DNA of 64,000 bases from Deltaproteobacteria bacterium (lineage in GTDB: Bacteria > JAGRBM01 > JAHCIT01), in contig JAHCIT010000002.1 of the NCBI GenBank assembly GCA_026129095.1, positions 124,001 through 188,000 on the forward strand. Reading direction: 5' to 3'. The notes under the pieces were generated by a model. The model was given only the letters and a program-made list of their open reading frames with translations, ran no database searches and was not told the origin of the DNA. Both the position numbers and the translations under genes were made by a program. Positions 31,123-40,992 of this stretch are shown piece by piece (the stretch's first letter is position 1; the number at the start of each line of letters is the position of its first letter).

Positions 31123-33507
31123 TTAACCAGTTAGCCGATAAGCGATCTCAACCCTCCGGTGAATCGCAAGTCCGAACAGCCACGAAACCCACAGGCACCA
31201 AGCTATGGCGCCCATCCAGAATCCAAGTGCAACCGCGTCTGGCTCATAGGAAAACACGATTTCGTGCCTTCCTTCCGGAACCTGGACAGCCGGGAAAAGC
31301 CCCCAGGCCAGCCGCACCGGCACCGGCTTGCCACCCAGATAGGCTTTCCACCCCTTCGAATGTGCCCGCCGGTAGACCACCCACCGCGGAGCGGGATCGT
31401 CCTTCTCGATCACGACACGCTCGTGCCGCCAGTCCGTCACCCGGCAGTTCTGCGCGGCGGCTGGCGGGCCACCTTCAAACTGATTACCGGACGTGCCCGT
31501 TTCCCCACCCACAAACAGGGCGACCGTTTCCGGCGAGAAATCCGCCGACCGGGCCCGCTCGACCAGCGACCCGAAATCCGCAACGGTTTCCGACCTTGCG
31601 GGGCAGATCACCGGCTGCGCCGGCCACGGAGCGCGATAAACCTGCAGGCCACTCAATGTTGCCTTGCCCAGGGGAGTCCACCCTGTTTCACTCATTCGCC
31701 CCAGCGCACGCGACGTCATGAAACCCACGCCAAGCAGGCGGTACAGGTCGAATTCCGGAAGGGCCTGCTTCAGCCGGTAAAGTCCCAGGTGGTATGAGTT
31801 TTCCGACGGCCCATCGGGAGTAACATAACCCAGCGCCCCCGCAATGGCGCTCTCCATCGTCTCCCACGCAAGATACATCCGGACGAGAAACTCCTTGCGA
31901 AGCTCGCGCCGGTATCCGCCTTCAGGGGCACTTCCGGCCATCACATAGGTATCGACAGATGCCCGGTCCGTCACATGCGCGACCGGTCCCTGCCGGTGAG
32001 GACCCAGTCCGAACAGGTGGACCACCGGAGGAGCGTCCCTCAGCAGCCGTGCGTCCATCGTCATCATGGGGCCCCGGCTGGCTGACACCGTATCGGCCAG
32101 GACAAGCGCCACCAGAAGGCCCATCAGCCGCTCGCCCCCCAGGACCGGCCGCAGCCACAACACCAGTGCTGTCAGCAGGCACACGGCCAGAGCACCCTGC
32201 GAAGTACTGGAAACGTGGAAACGTCCGGGAAAAAAGTGTTTCTGGTCCCCCAGCGCAACCAGCCAGTCTCCCAGTGACGTGAGCCATAATCCTGCGGGGA
32301 TCATCGCTCCCGCCAGCAGGCAGATGATCGTCCCGCCGCGGCGGCCTGCCGCAAGCCCTTCAGTGGCAATTGCCCACGCGGCAGCCAGTGCAAATGATGG
32401 AACGATCAGCAGGCGCTCCGGGTACCGGAACAACCGCCACCCTGGCAGGTAATCATACAGCCACCGGTAAAAGGGCAAATGCTGTCCCATGGCCACCAGA
32501 AACCCGGCTGCCGCCAGGCCGGTCCAGAACCACAGATCCCGGCGGCGTGTCCCTGTAATCAGGGCCCCCATCACAAACGGAATCGTTGCGAAGCCCATGT
32601 AGGCGGAGTCGGTATAGAACCCGCCCGCAAAGGGCCCGTCCGGGCGTTCGGCCCAGAAGGTCAGGTCACCGATGGAGCGGCCAAACAGGTTGGGAGCAAA
32701 AAGTTCCAGAAGCCTCAGGGGATGAAAACTCCAGGCGATCGCCTGCGGCAGGCCCTGCATTCTTGACCGTGCGGATTCAGCGGCAAAATCGAGCATCGGC
32801 AGAAGGACCGGCAGGTACAGAACGAACGGGAACAGGGCGAGGGCCGCCAGTGTGCCCGCGGCCCGCAACGGCTTGCCCCGCCATCTCCAGAGCACCACTG
32901 GACCCGACGCCGCCAATGCGAGAACCAGCGTCTGCGGATCGCCGCCGTAGAGCATGAGAGAGCATGCCGCCACCGCCAGCGGCAGTCCGAACCGGCCGCC
33001 ACCGAGATGCGTGTTCAGCGCCCAGGCAAACCCCGGCAGCCACGCATGGGCATACAGCATCTGGTGAGCGGTGGTCTCCATGGAGACATATCCGCACGTC
33101 ACGTAGACAATCGCTCCGCCCACGGCGGCCAGCCCCGGCAACTTCAGCGACCGCAGGAATCCGTACATCAGTATCTGGGCGAGCAGATAGTGGGCGGCGA
33201 CAATCAGCGTCGTCATCATACGGTAGTCATAGTCCAGCGCAAGCAGCCAGTGGGGCGGATAGAGCACGCCGCTCACCGGATCCGCCAGATAGGGAATCCC
33301 CATGTAGAGGTACGGATTCCACAGCGGCAGCTCACCGGCCTGGAGCCGGTGATGGAGGATCGCCCGGATCGGGAGATAGTTGTGAAAATTATCCCGTGAA
33401 AAAAGTATCCGGTACGGTTTGTACAGGTCCAGGCAGTGGAGCAGATGGGACAGCAGGATGACCAGAATGTCCCGGATCAGGGCAGCTCTTGCGCGAATCC
33501 AGTCCAC
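31123..33507 (-). CDS. YfhO-family (GT-C-like) multi-TM membrane protein
   Basis: PLWNPYLYMGIPYLAD..LYPP; FRYPER; C-terminal GWKAYLGG...VPEGRHEIVFSYEP. Confidence 0.85.
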   Translation of the reverse strand: MDWIRARAALIRDILVILLSHLLHCLDLYKPYRILFSRDNFHNYLPIRAILHHRLQAGELPLWNPYLYMGIPYLADPVSGVLYPPHWLLALDYDYRMMTTLIVAAHYLLAQILMYGFLRSLKLPGLAAVGGAIVYVTCGYVSMETTAHQMLYAHAWLPGFAWALNTHLGGGRFGLPLAVAACSLMLYGGDPQTLVLALAASGPVVLWRWRGKPLRAAGTLAALALFPFVLYLPVLLPMLDFAAESARSRMQGLPQAIAWSFHPLRLLELFAPNLFGRSIGDLTFWAERPDGPFAGGFYTDSAYMGFATIPFVMGALITGTRRRDLWFWTGLAAAGFLVAMGQHLPFYRWLYDYLPGWRLFRYPERLLIVPSFALAAAWAIATEGLAAGRRGGTIICLLAGAMIPAGLWLTSLGDWLVALGDQKHFFPGRFHVSSTSQGALAVCLLTALVLWLRPVLGGERLMGLLVALVLADTVSASRGPMMTMDARLLRDAPPVVHLFGLGPHRQGPVAHVTDRASVDTYVMAGSAPEGGYRRELRKEFLVRMYLAWETMESAIAGALGYVTPDGPSENSYHLGLYRLKQALPEFDLYRLLGVGFMTSRALGRMSETGWTPLGKATLSGLQVYRAPWPAQPVICPARSETVADFGSLVERARSADFSPETVALFVGGETGTSGNQFEGGPPAAAQNCRVTDWRHERVVIEKDDPAPRWVVYRRAHSKGWKAYLGGKPVPVRLAWGLFPAVQVPEGRHEIVFSYEPDAVALGFWMGAIAWCLWVSWLFGLAIHRRVEIAYRLTG

Positions 33508-33513
33508 AGGGAA

Positions 33514-34332
33514 TCAGCGGTTTCCCTTCTCCACGGCAAGTGCATAGAGCAGCACGCCGGCCGCAACGCTGACATTCAGGGAGGCCACCTTGCCGGTCAG
33601 CGGAATACGGACACGGGCATCACACTGCTTCAGGTTCAGCGGGCGGATTCCCTTTTCCTCCGAACCCAGCACCAGCGCCAGCGGCCGGTCCAGATCAAGC
33701 CGTTCGGGATCAATCCCCTCGTTCGCGTCAGCCCCGACGATCCAGTAGCCCATCTCCTTCAGGTGGGTGAGCATCCGGGCGAGGTTGCCAATCCGCGCCA
33801 CCGGAAGATGGGCGGTGGCGCCGGCAGCCGCCCGCTCGGCAGCAGGTGTCACCGGTGCCTGCCGGTCCTTGGGTATCAGCAGGCCCCCGGCACCAAACGC
33901 CTCGGCCGAGCGGATCACGGCGCCCAGATTCTGGGGATCCTGCACCGAATCGAGGACAACCAGAAGACCCCTGTTCCGGGCAACCTCCTGGATGAGTTGC
34001 TCGGGATCGGCATAGGCGAACGGATCCAGAACGGCCACTGCACCCTGATGCCTCTGGCCCGCCGAAAGCCGGTCCAGGCCGTCACGATCCACGAATGAAG
34101 TCTTTACCCGGCGCTCGCGGGCCTGATCCACGAGCTGGCGGTATTCTCCACCCTGGGATCCGGCAAGCACATACAGGTGCCGGACCGGTGAAGCGGCGCG
34201 AAGCGCCTCCTCGACAGCCCGGCGGCCACAGACAATGCGTGCGTCGCCAACCCCGGTATCAGACGCGCTCGCAGGACGCTCATCCCTGCGAAAACCGCGA
34301 CGGGGCAAATCTCGCCGTGAAGGGTTCTTCAT
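33514..34332 (-). CDS. rlmB: 23S rRNA Gm2251 methyltransferase
   Basis: HQG, LDSVQDPQNLGAVIRSA, LGSEEKG, IPLTGKVASLNVSVA. Confidence 0.93.
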   Translation of the reverse strand: MKNPSRRDLPRRGFRRDERPASASDTGVGDARIVCGRRAVEEALRAASPVRHLYVLAGSQGGEYRQLVDQARERRVKTSFVDRDGLDRLSAGQRHQGAVAVLDPFAYADPEQLIQEVARNRGLLVVLDSVQDPQNLGAVIRSAEAFGAGGLLIPKDRQAPVTPAAERAAAGATAHLPVARIGNLARMLTHLKEMGYWIVGADANEGIDPERLDLDRPLALVLGSEEKGIRPLNLKQCDARVRIPLTGKVASLNVSVAAGVLLYALAVEKGNR

Positions 34333-34523
34333 TATGCGGATTGAGTAGCCCGTCTACCGGACAAAGACGAGCGTCCGGCCACCATGGCGGGACCCTCCCG
34401 CAATATTTACAGCGGTGAAATCTCCGGAGCGGCATCCTTGAAACACCGCATTGGTTCCCGGACGCCAGACCGGTCAGAATGGACACCGGGTGAGAGAGCC
34501 GGGCTGATCGTTGCTGCCTTGGA

Positions 34524-37139
34524 ATGAAGAGACGAATGAACCGGAACGGTTTCGCCGTTTGGATCCTGGCACTGGCGTTTAGTGGCGCCGGGGCTGCCTG
34601 TACCTGGGGATCCCGCGAATCTTCCACGCACGAAACGCCTTCCACGGCTTCCGAGGCGTTCGAGCAGATCCGGCACGCCGTTATCGCCGGCAAATATGGT
34701 CTTGCCGAGCAGCTTCTCGATGCCAACTCTTCCCGTTTTGACGATCCCACGACACGCGACCGGATCCATTTCATGCGTGGCTGGATTGCGCTTTCACAGC
34801 GGAACTACCCGGAAGCCCGGCGCTGGTTTGAACGTATCCGGGATACCAACACGACTCTTCAGCCGATCGCCCTGTATTTCCGGGCCCAGAGCCATTCTCT
34901 GGCCGAAGATCATGAGCATGCGGCCGAACTCTACGAACGGCTGATCGACAGCTTCCCCGGCAGCCGGCGGGCGATCGAGGCCAGATTCAATCTTGCCAAC
35001 GTCTATTTCCGCAAGGGCCGCTTCGAGGACGCCATCCAGCTCTATGAGATCATGCAGCGGAATCCCAACCTGCAGGGTGAGCTGTACCTGGCAAACCGCC
35101 CGCAGGTTCTGCTGAATCAGGCTGATTCACTCGCGGCCCTAGGCCGCGGACTCGAAGCCCTTTCCCGTTACGAGACGCTTTACTATGACTTCCCCCTGAC
35201 GCCCGAGGCTGACCAGTCATCCGGCCGGATCGTCAGTATCCGGAACGAGCTGGGCGAGCCGCCGTTTTCAGCAAATCCTTCCCGGACACTTGCTCGGGCC
35301 CGCCAGCTTGCCGACAACAACCGCTCCCGGCAGGCCGTCCAGGAACTGGAAGCCGTACTGCCTGCGCTCAGGGAGCGCGGCGAGCGAAGCTGGTTCGACG
35401 GACTGCTGGCACTTGGCCGTGCGCTGGAACGGGACCGGCGTTTTCCCGAAGCCCGGAATGCCTACCGGCAGGCCCTCGCCATACCGGGACAGAACACGGC
35501 GCCGGTACGCCTGCGTATGGCACACGCAACGGTGAGGACCAGTGAAATGCAGGGGATCGAAATGTTCCTCGGCATCGCACGGGATTTCACCGACCCTGCC
35601 GTGGCTGGCGAGGCCCTGTATCACGCAGCCCGTTTCCACCATGTCGCCCCGCGGATTGCGGAGGCGAAGTCCCTATACGAGCAGATCAACGCCCGGTTTC
35701 CCAAATCGGACTGGGCCCATGCAGCCCGGTTCCAGCTCGGGTGGCTGGACTATCTGGCCGGTGACTACCCCTCCGCGATCGCCTGGTTCGAAAAGACAAA
35801 CGAGGGCCGCACCAGCGGCGAAGAGTACGAACGCGCCTTTTACTGGCAGGCACGCGCACTCGAAAAGACCGGCCGCACGGACGAGGCGGACGCAATCTAT
35901 TCCCGCCTGTGGAACGGACAGAACTGGCACTACTATGGCGCGCTGGCCCGGGGACGACTGGACCGTCTCCCGGCAGACCGCATCTTCGCGCAGATGCTTC
36001 CCGAAGACGGACAGCCGCTGCCGCTTGCTCCGGCTCCGCTCCGTCAGGAGCCGGAACTGGCGCAGCTTGCGCTGGCATTCAGCGGCCTCCGGCGTGAATC
36101 GGTCCTGACGGCGATGGAACTGCTCGTCCTGGGACTTACCAGCGAAGCCGGAGACGAGCTGGACTTCGTCGCCCAGGGTAATCCTCCGGGCGAGCAGGTG
36201 AGCCGCCTCCTGCCGCTGCTCGAAGAAGCCGGGGACTACCGGCGCCTTCGCACCTGGGGATGGAACTCCCTCGGCAAGCCCTCGGTGCCCGAGATCGCCA
36301 ATGTCCGGAGCTGGCGCGCCCTCTACCCGCGGGCTTACCTGGAGCCAGTCAACGCGATGGCCCAGAAGAACGCCTTGGATGCGCGGTTCATACTGGCCAT
36401 CATCCGGGAGGAGTCGGCTTATGATCCGATGGCCGCTTCTCCTGCCAACGCCCACGGCCTGATGCAGCTCATTCCCGAGACAGCGAACCAGGTGGCGAAG
36501 TCCCTGAAACTGGGCAAGGTTGACCTGAACGGACTCAGGACTCCGGATCAGAACATCCTGCTCGGAAGCACCTATCTGCGCCAGCTCATCCGCGAATTCG
36601 ACGGGAATGTCGTATATGCCGTCGCCAGCTACAACGGAGGCCCGCACAATCTCCGGCGCTGGCATGAGCGGTTCGGCAACCTGGAAGCCGACGAATTCAC
36701 CGAGGAGATACCGTTCCGGGAAACCCGGAACTACGTGAAAAAGATCTTCAAGAGCTGGTCGAACTACCGGCTATTGTACGGTCCCGATGGCGAGCGGCTG
36801 TATGCCCTCGCCATTGAGCAGATGCTGTCGCCGGCACCACAGGCGCGTCCTGCTTCCGCCAATGTTTCTCTCCGCATGGCAACCAGCATCTTCACTCCGA
36901 ACCGGAGCGATGCCAGCCGGGAACTCGACCTACCTGTCAATGCTGGAGTTCCGGACTATTTGCAGCTGGCCAGCGAACCGGTATGGCAGCCATCCGGGCC
37001 GCCGGCTGCGGCAGCCGATCCGGCCAGAGAATACCCGGCCGTCATCGAGGATGAGCCCGGCCCTGCCGGCCTGGACCCTGTCCGGCTCTCCGACATTCCC
37101 GATGAACGGCCCTCATCTGTTCGCCCGGATTCGCCCTGA
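34524..37139 (+). CDS. TPR-containing soluble lytic transglycosylase (Slt-like), probable lipoprotein
   Basis: AGAAC signal, TPR repeats, IIREES, GLMQL, SYNGG, ETRNYVKK; Pro-rich tail. Confidence 0.92.
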   Translation: MKRRMNRNGFAVWILALAFSGAGAACTWGSRESSTHETPSTASEAFEQIRHAVIAGKYGLAEQLLDANSSRFDDPTTRDRIHFMRGWIALSQRNYPEARRWFERIRDTNTTLQPIALYFRAQSHSLAEDHEHAAELYERLIDSFPGSRRAIEARFNLANVYFRKGRFEDAIQLYEIMQRNPNLQGELYLANRPQVLLNQADSLAALGRGLEALSRYETLYYDFPLTPEADQSSGRIVSIRNELGEPPFSANPSRTLARARQLADNNRSRQAVQELEAVLPALRERGERSWFDGLLALGRALERDRRFPEARNAYRQALAIPGQNTAPVRLRMAHATVRTSEMQGIEMFLGIARDFTDPAVAGEALYHAARFHHVAPRIAEAKSLYEQINARFPKSDWAHAARFQLGWLDYLAGDYPSAIAWFEKTNEGRTSGEEYERAFYWQARALEKTGRTDEADAIYSRLWNGQNWHYYGALARGRLDRLPADRIFAQMLPEDGQPLPLAPAPLRQEPELAQLALAFSGLRRESVLTAMELLVLGLTSEAGDELDFVAQGNPPGEQVSRLLPLLEEAGDYRRLRTWGWNSLGKPSVPEIANVRSWRALYPRAYLEPVNAMAQKNALDARFILAIIREESAYDPMAASPANAHGLMQLIPETANQVAKSLKLGKVDLNGLRTPDQNILLGSTYLRQLIREFDGNVVYAVASYNGGPHNLRRWHERFGNLEADEFTEEIPFRETRNYVKKIFKSWSNYRLLYGPDGERLYALAIEQMLSPAPQARPASANVSLRMATSIFTPNRSDASRELDLPVNAGVPDYLQLASEPVWQPSGPPAAAADPAREYPAVIEDEPGPAGLDPVRLSDIPDERPSSVRPDSP

Positions 37140-37219
37140 CTGTCCCTTTCCCGTTCACACATAACCACCTATCCTTGGATGGCAGGAGCGGGAACTGTCC
37201 CGCAGGCTCGCCATGAGGG

Positions 37220-37633
37220 TTGATGGTCATGATGAACTTACAGCAGCAGTTTGAAACCGCCGTGCCGCAGGAGCCGGATGCACTGACGGGCGATTATGCC
37301 GTTCATCTGGTCGCCCGCTTCCTGCCGCGGCCAATCCGCTTTCTCGGCCATACGAAGGTGTTCGAACGGACCCCTGACGGCATCCGGGGATACAACGCCT
37401 TTCTGGGGAAACTGATCAAGGCTGGCCATTTCCGTGTGGAAAAGGGAATGTCTGCCGACGGGACCGAAGTCACGAAGATCATCTATGACACGCGCAAGAA
37501 CCCGCCTATCATGCGCCCGCTGGTGGATGAAGTGCGCGAAACGAGGCCCGGCCAGTTTCTCGGGAGAGGGATGTACCGGCTCGGCAGCGCCGCCCGGAAC
37601 ATCTTCTGGTTCACAGTGACCAGGGAAAACTAG
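37220..37633 (+). CDS. Hypothetical protein
   Basis: IIYD..KNPPIMRPLVDEVRETRPGQFLGRG; exact start among 37220-37232 uncertain. Confidence 0.7.
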   Translation: MMVMMNLQQQFETAVPQEPDALTGDYAVHLVARFLPRPIRFLGHTKVFERTPDGIRGYNAFLGKLIKAGHFRVEKGMSADGTEVTKIIYDTRKNPPIMRPLVDEVRETRPGQFLGRGMYRLGSAARNIFWFTVTREN

Positions 37634-37643
37634 GGCCCCGCAG

Positions 37644-38495
37644 CTAAAGCACCAGTGCGAGCAGGACCTGGTGGCCGTCCGGCGTCGCCAGGTTGTATTT
37701 GAGGGCGCGTCCCGTGCCCAGCGAAATCGGTCCGGATATCACATCTGGCGGCAGTATTTCGGAGCGCACGCCCATCTGGGCGAGGCGGGCCACCACGTTG
37801 CCTGTGACAATGTTGCAGAACTCCTGGACCGAATCCTGAAGCGCCACCGGATCATTCGGGTCGAACATGCTGCCGAGCAGCTTGAGGCCGATCGTGGCAG
37901 TTACGGCTTCAGGAAGGCCGAGTATGTATGACGTCCTGATCCCGCCCTCGAACCGGATCAGGGACGCCTTTCCGGGCGGCATGACCGAACCGGTGATCCA
38001 CTCGTTCCCCATCACCTTGGTTTCGACGCCGCCCATGCGGAGCAGCATCTTCTGCGTCATGTCCACAAATACCCGCACGGTATCGGTAACCTGGAGTTCG
38101 CTCGGGACCGGGATGCCGCCCGCCGTGTCGTAGACCTTCTGGTCTTCCTTGAACGCCGCGAGCGCCTTGTCCACGACGTCACGCGCCGCAAAGCCCTTCA
38201 GAACGACTGCATCGCCGAGATAGATATGGTCATTCTGCTGCATCAGCAGAAGCTCATCCACCTGCTTCGCCGTCAGGAGGTTCAGATCAACGGCGGCCTG
38301 GCCGAACTTGAGATCCTTCTGCTGCTGCAGCCGGTTGATCTGGGCCGACTGCTCCCTGGTGAGGTAGCCCTTCTTCACGGCGTAGTCGCCGAGCTTCAGG
38401 TTCTGCGCCTGCTGATACTCCACCGCCTCGACAAGCTGCGGAGCGCTGATGATCTTCTGCTCCAGCAGGAACTGTCCGAAAAACTTCACTCCCAC
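37644..38495 (-). CDS. CheX-like phosphatase with N-terminal MshEN-like repeats
   Basis: Four xxG-x2-L/A repeats at 29-aa spacing; C-terminal QEFCNIVTGN (ExxN) and ILPP. Confidence 0.78.
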   Translation of the reverse strand: MGVKFFGQFLLEQKIISAPQLVEAVEYQQAQNLKLGDYAVKKGYLTREQSAQINRLQQQKDLKFGQAAVDLNLLTAKQVDELLLMQQNDHIYLGDAVVLKGFAARDVVDKALAAFKEDQKVYDTAGGIPVPSELQVTDTVRVFVDMTQKMLLRMGGVETKVMGNEWITGSVMPPGKASLIRFEGGIRTSYILGLPEAVTATIGLKLLGSMFDPNDPVALQDSVQEFCNIVTGNVVARLAQMGVRSEILPPDVISGPISLGTGRALKYNLATPDGHQVLLALVL

Positions 38496-38532
38496 GGCGA
38501 TTCCACCCTTTCCGGTATCCGGTAAAAAAACC

Positions 38533-38895
38533 TTACAGCGACGTCAGCGTCTGCTTTATCTTCTCGGGCTCGAACGGCTTGGCAATCACGTCCTTGGCGC
38601 CCACCTTGAGCGCTTCGACCACCTTGTCGCCCACGCCGCCCAGTGACGAGATCATCACGACCTTGGCGTTCTGGTCCAGTTGCAGGATGGCCCGGGTCGC
38701 CTGGAGTCCGTCCATCAGCGGCATGACGATATCCATGCACACGATGTCCGGGGTCAGGGACTTGTACATCTTCACCGCCTCGGCGCCGTTTTTGGCATGC
38801 CCGACTATTTCAAAGCCGTTCAGGCCGACAATGATGCTTTCAAGCTGTTTCGCGGTGGTGACGGAATCGTCCACCAGCAGAACCCGTTTTGCCAT
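38533..38895 (-). CDS. Single-domain response regulator (CheY-like)
   Basis: VLLVDDS, MDIVMPLMDG, MISS, AKPF. Confidence 0.93.
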   Translation of the reverse strand: MAKRVLLVDDSVTTAKQLESIIVGLNGFEIVGHAKNGAEAVKMYKSLTPDIVCMDIVMPLMDGLQATRAILQLDQNAKVVMISSLGGVGDKVVEALKVGAKDVIAKPFEPEKIKQTLTSL

Positions 38896-39064
38896 GGGGT
38901 CTTTCCACCTTCTCCACAAGCAGTTGTGGCCGGCTGAGTTATTCCGGTCCGTTTTGCTTTACGGGGCGGATGGTAGAACGCAGGACGGCGCGGGCGCAAT
39001 TGCCCGCGCTGAAAAACCTGCCGCAGTGCGTGAAAACGGCCAGAACAAGGGGAAATGCCGGTTC

Positions 39065-39538
39065 CTACTCCACGGCACCGGCCATCAGTTCCAGAATATC
39101 CTTCCCCTGAACCGTGATGGTGACATTGATAGTACCATCGGGCGTTTCGCTTAGAACACGCGCCTCGTTGATGCGAAGGTCGCCGGGAACCAGCCGGGCA
39201 GCAGCAGCGGGCCTGAGGCCGCACTCGGCCGCCGTCTTTTTCAGGAGCCTGTCCGCAGCATTGATCCGGGCCGCCCGCTCCCCAGCCAGCCGGGCCGTGG
39301 TCCCTGAACTGCCCTCGGGCGGCTTCCCCTTGCCAGCCATGTCGTAATACCGGCGGGGGTCGATGCCGGGACAGCTGAACTGGGAAAGGGTTTCCGCCCT
39401 CTGAAATCCTCCGGGGCCGGTGTCGGCTGCCTGCCGATCAGTTCCACGCTGCCGCTCCTCGTAACTCCGCCGCCGGTTGCAGGCCGGAACAACCAAAACG
39501 ACTGCCATCAGAACCGTCAGCACCATCGTGGATTTCAT
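39065..39538 (-). CDS. Hypothetical lipoprotein
   Basis: VLVVPAC lipobox-like signal; ARLAGERAARINA motif reminiscent of LPP20-like proteins. Confidence 0.65.
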   Translation of the reverse strand: MKSTMVLTVLMAVVLVVPACNRRRSYEERQRGTDRQAADTGPGGFQRAETLSQFSCPGIDPRRYYDMAGKGKPPEGSSGTTARLAGERAARINAADRLLKKTAAECGLRPAAAARLVPGDLRINEARVLSETPDGTINVTITVQGKDILELMAGAVE

Positions 39539-39574
39539 CTGGGAAATTTCTCCTTCAGCCGAACCTGGGGTTCA

Positions 39575-40288
39575 TCAACCGGCCACGTCGATAGCATCCT
39601 CAAGGGTAAACTTCGACTCATAGAGAGCCCGGCCGACAATCACTCCCTCGACCCCGGCAATCTCCGACAGTGCCCGGATATCGTCCAGCCGGGCAACTCC
39701 GCCCGACGCGATCACCCGTCCGGTATCTGCCGCCAGCCGGGAGGTTTGCTCGAGGTTCGGTCCCTCCAGCATGCCATCGCGGGAAATGTCCGTATAGATC
39801 ACATGCGTCGCCCCGGCTTCCAGTGCCTTCCGGGCCAGATCCAGGGCGGAAACTCCCGTCAATTCGGTCCAGCCCTGCACGGCCGCCATTCCGTCCCGGG
39901 CGTCAATGCCGGCGGCCACCTTGCCGGGGAAGTTCCGGATGATTTCGAACGCCTTGTCCGGTTCACGCACCAGCAGCGAACCCAGCACGATGCGGCTGAC
40001 TCCAGCATCGATGTAGCCCGCCGCCAATTCCGGCGTACGGATACCACCGCCCAGTTGCACCGGCACATGACAGTCCTGCACAAGCCGCGCAACGAGATCC
40101 CGGTTGACCGGAAGCCCGTCGCGGGCGCCGTCCAGATCAACGACGTGAATCCACTCGGCTCCCCGGCGGACCCACTCCCTCGCCTGCGCGACCGGATCCG
40201 GGTTGTAAACCGTTTCCCGTGCGTAATCGCCCTGAGAAAGGCGGACGCACTGTCCTCCGCGAATGTCGATGGCTGGATAGACAATCAT
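39575..40288 (-). CDS. hisA: ProFAR isomerase HisA
   Basis: PAIDIRGGQCVRL, HVVDLDGA, GGGIR, TDISRDGML. Confidence 0.97.
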   Translation of the reverse strand: MIVYPAIDIRGGQCVRLSQGDYARETVYNPDPVAQAREWVRRGAEWIHVVDLDGARDGLPVNRDLVARLVQDCHVPVQLGGGIRTPELAAGYIDAGVSRIVLGSLLVREPDKAFEIIRNFPGKVAAGIDARDGMAAVQGWTELTGVSALDLARKALEAGATHVIYTDISRDGMLEGPNLEQTSRLAADTGRVIASGGVARLDDIRALSEIAGVEGVIVGRALYESKFTLEDAIDVAG

Positions 40289-40325
40289 GGCCGGGCGCAG
40301 CGTATCCTATCGGTTTCCGGTCCGC

Positions 40326-40952
40326 TCACAGGGCAAGGAAATTTTCCAGCAGCCGGATACCGGCCGACTGGCTTTTTTCCGGGTGAAACTGGGTGGCGTG
40401 AACATTGTCCTTTGAAACGGCAGAAATGAAATTCGTCCCGTAGTCGGTCGTCGCCGCTACCCAGTTCCGGTTATCCGGCGTCAGCTGCGCGAAGTACGAG
40501 TGAACGAAATAGAAATACTCTTCCTGCGGAATCCGGCTGAATAGTCCGGCTTCACGCTCCTTGCGGATCGAGTTCCACCCCATGTGCGGCACCTTGAGCT
40601 GCGTGAAGCCGGGATCGGGAAACCGGATCACCCGGCCCGGAATGATTCCCAGCCCTTCCTTGCCGCCATGCTCCTCGCTGTGTTCGAACAGGATCTGGAG
40701 GCCAAGGCACAGGCCGAGATACGGCGTGCCACCCTCGATTTTTTCCCGGACTGCTTCCAAGAGGCCGCGGGAGGCGAGCGTCGTCATGCAGTCGGCGAAA
40801 GCCCCCTGCCCCGGAAGCACGACCCGGTCGGCGGCCAGCACCTCGGCCCGGTCCTTCACGACCCTGACCTCGCCTCCGGCCACTTCCAGAGCCTTGGCGA
40901 CACTGCCGAGATTTCCCCGGCCGTAGTCAATTACCGAAACCTTCTTAGCCAT
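40326..40952 (-). CDS. hisH: Imidazole glycerol phosphate synthase glutaminase subunit
   Basis: DYGRGN, LCLGLQ, VPHMGWN, YFVHSY, QFHPEKS. Confidence 0.97.
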   Translation of the reverse strand: MAKKVSVIDYGRGNLGSVAKALEVAGGEVRVVKDRAEVLAADRVVLPGQGAFADCMTTLASRGLLEAVREKIEGGTPYLGLCLGLQILFEHSEEHGGKEGLGIIPGRVIRFPDPGFTQLKVPHMGWNSIRKEREAGLFSRIPQEEYFYFVHSYFAQLTPDNRNWVAATTDYGTNFISAVSKDNVHATQFHPEKSQSAGIRLLENFLAL

Positions 40953-40992
40953 TTGGGGGATCCGGACTCCTCTGGCGGCGGCCAGATCAATT

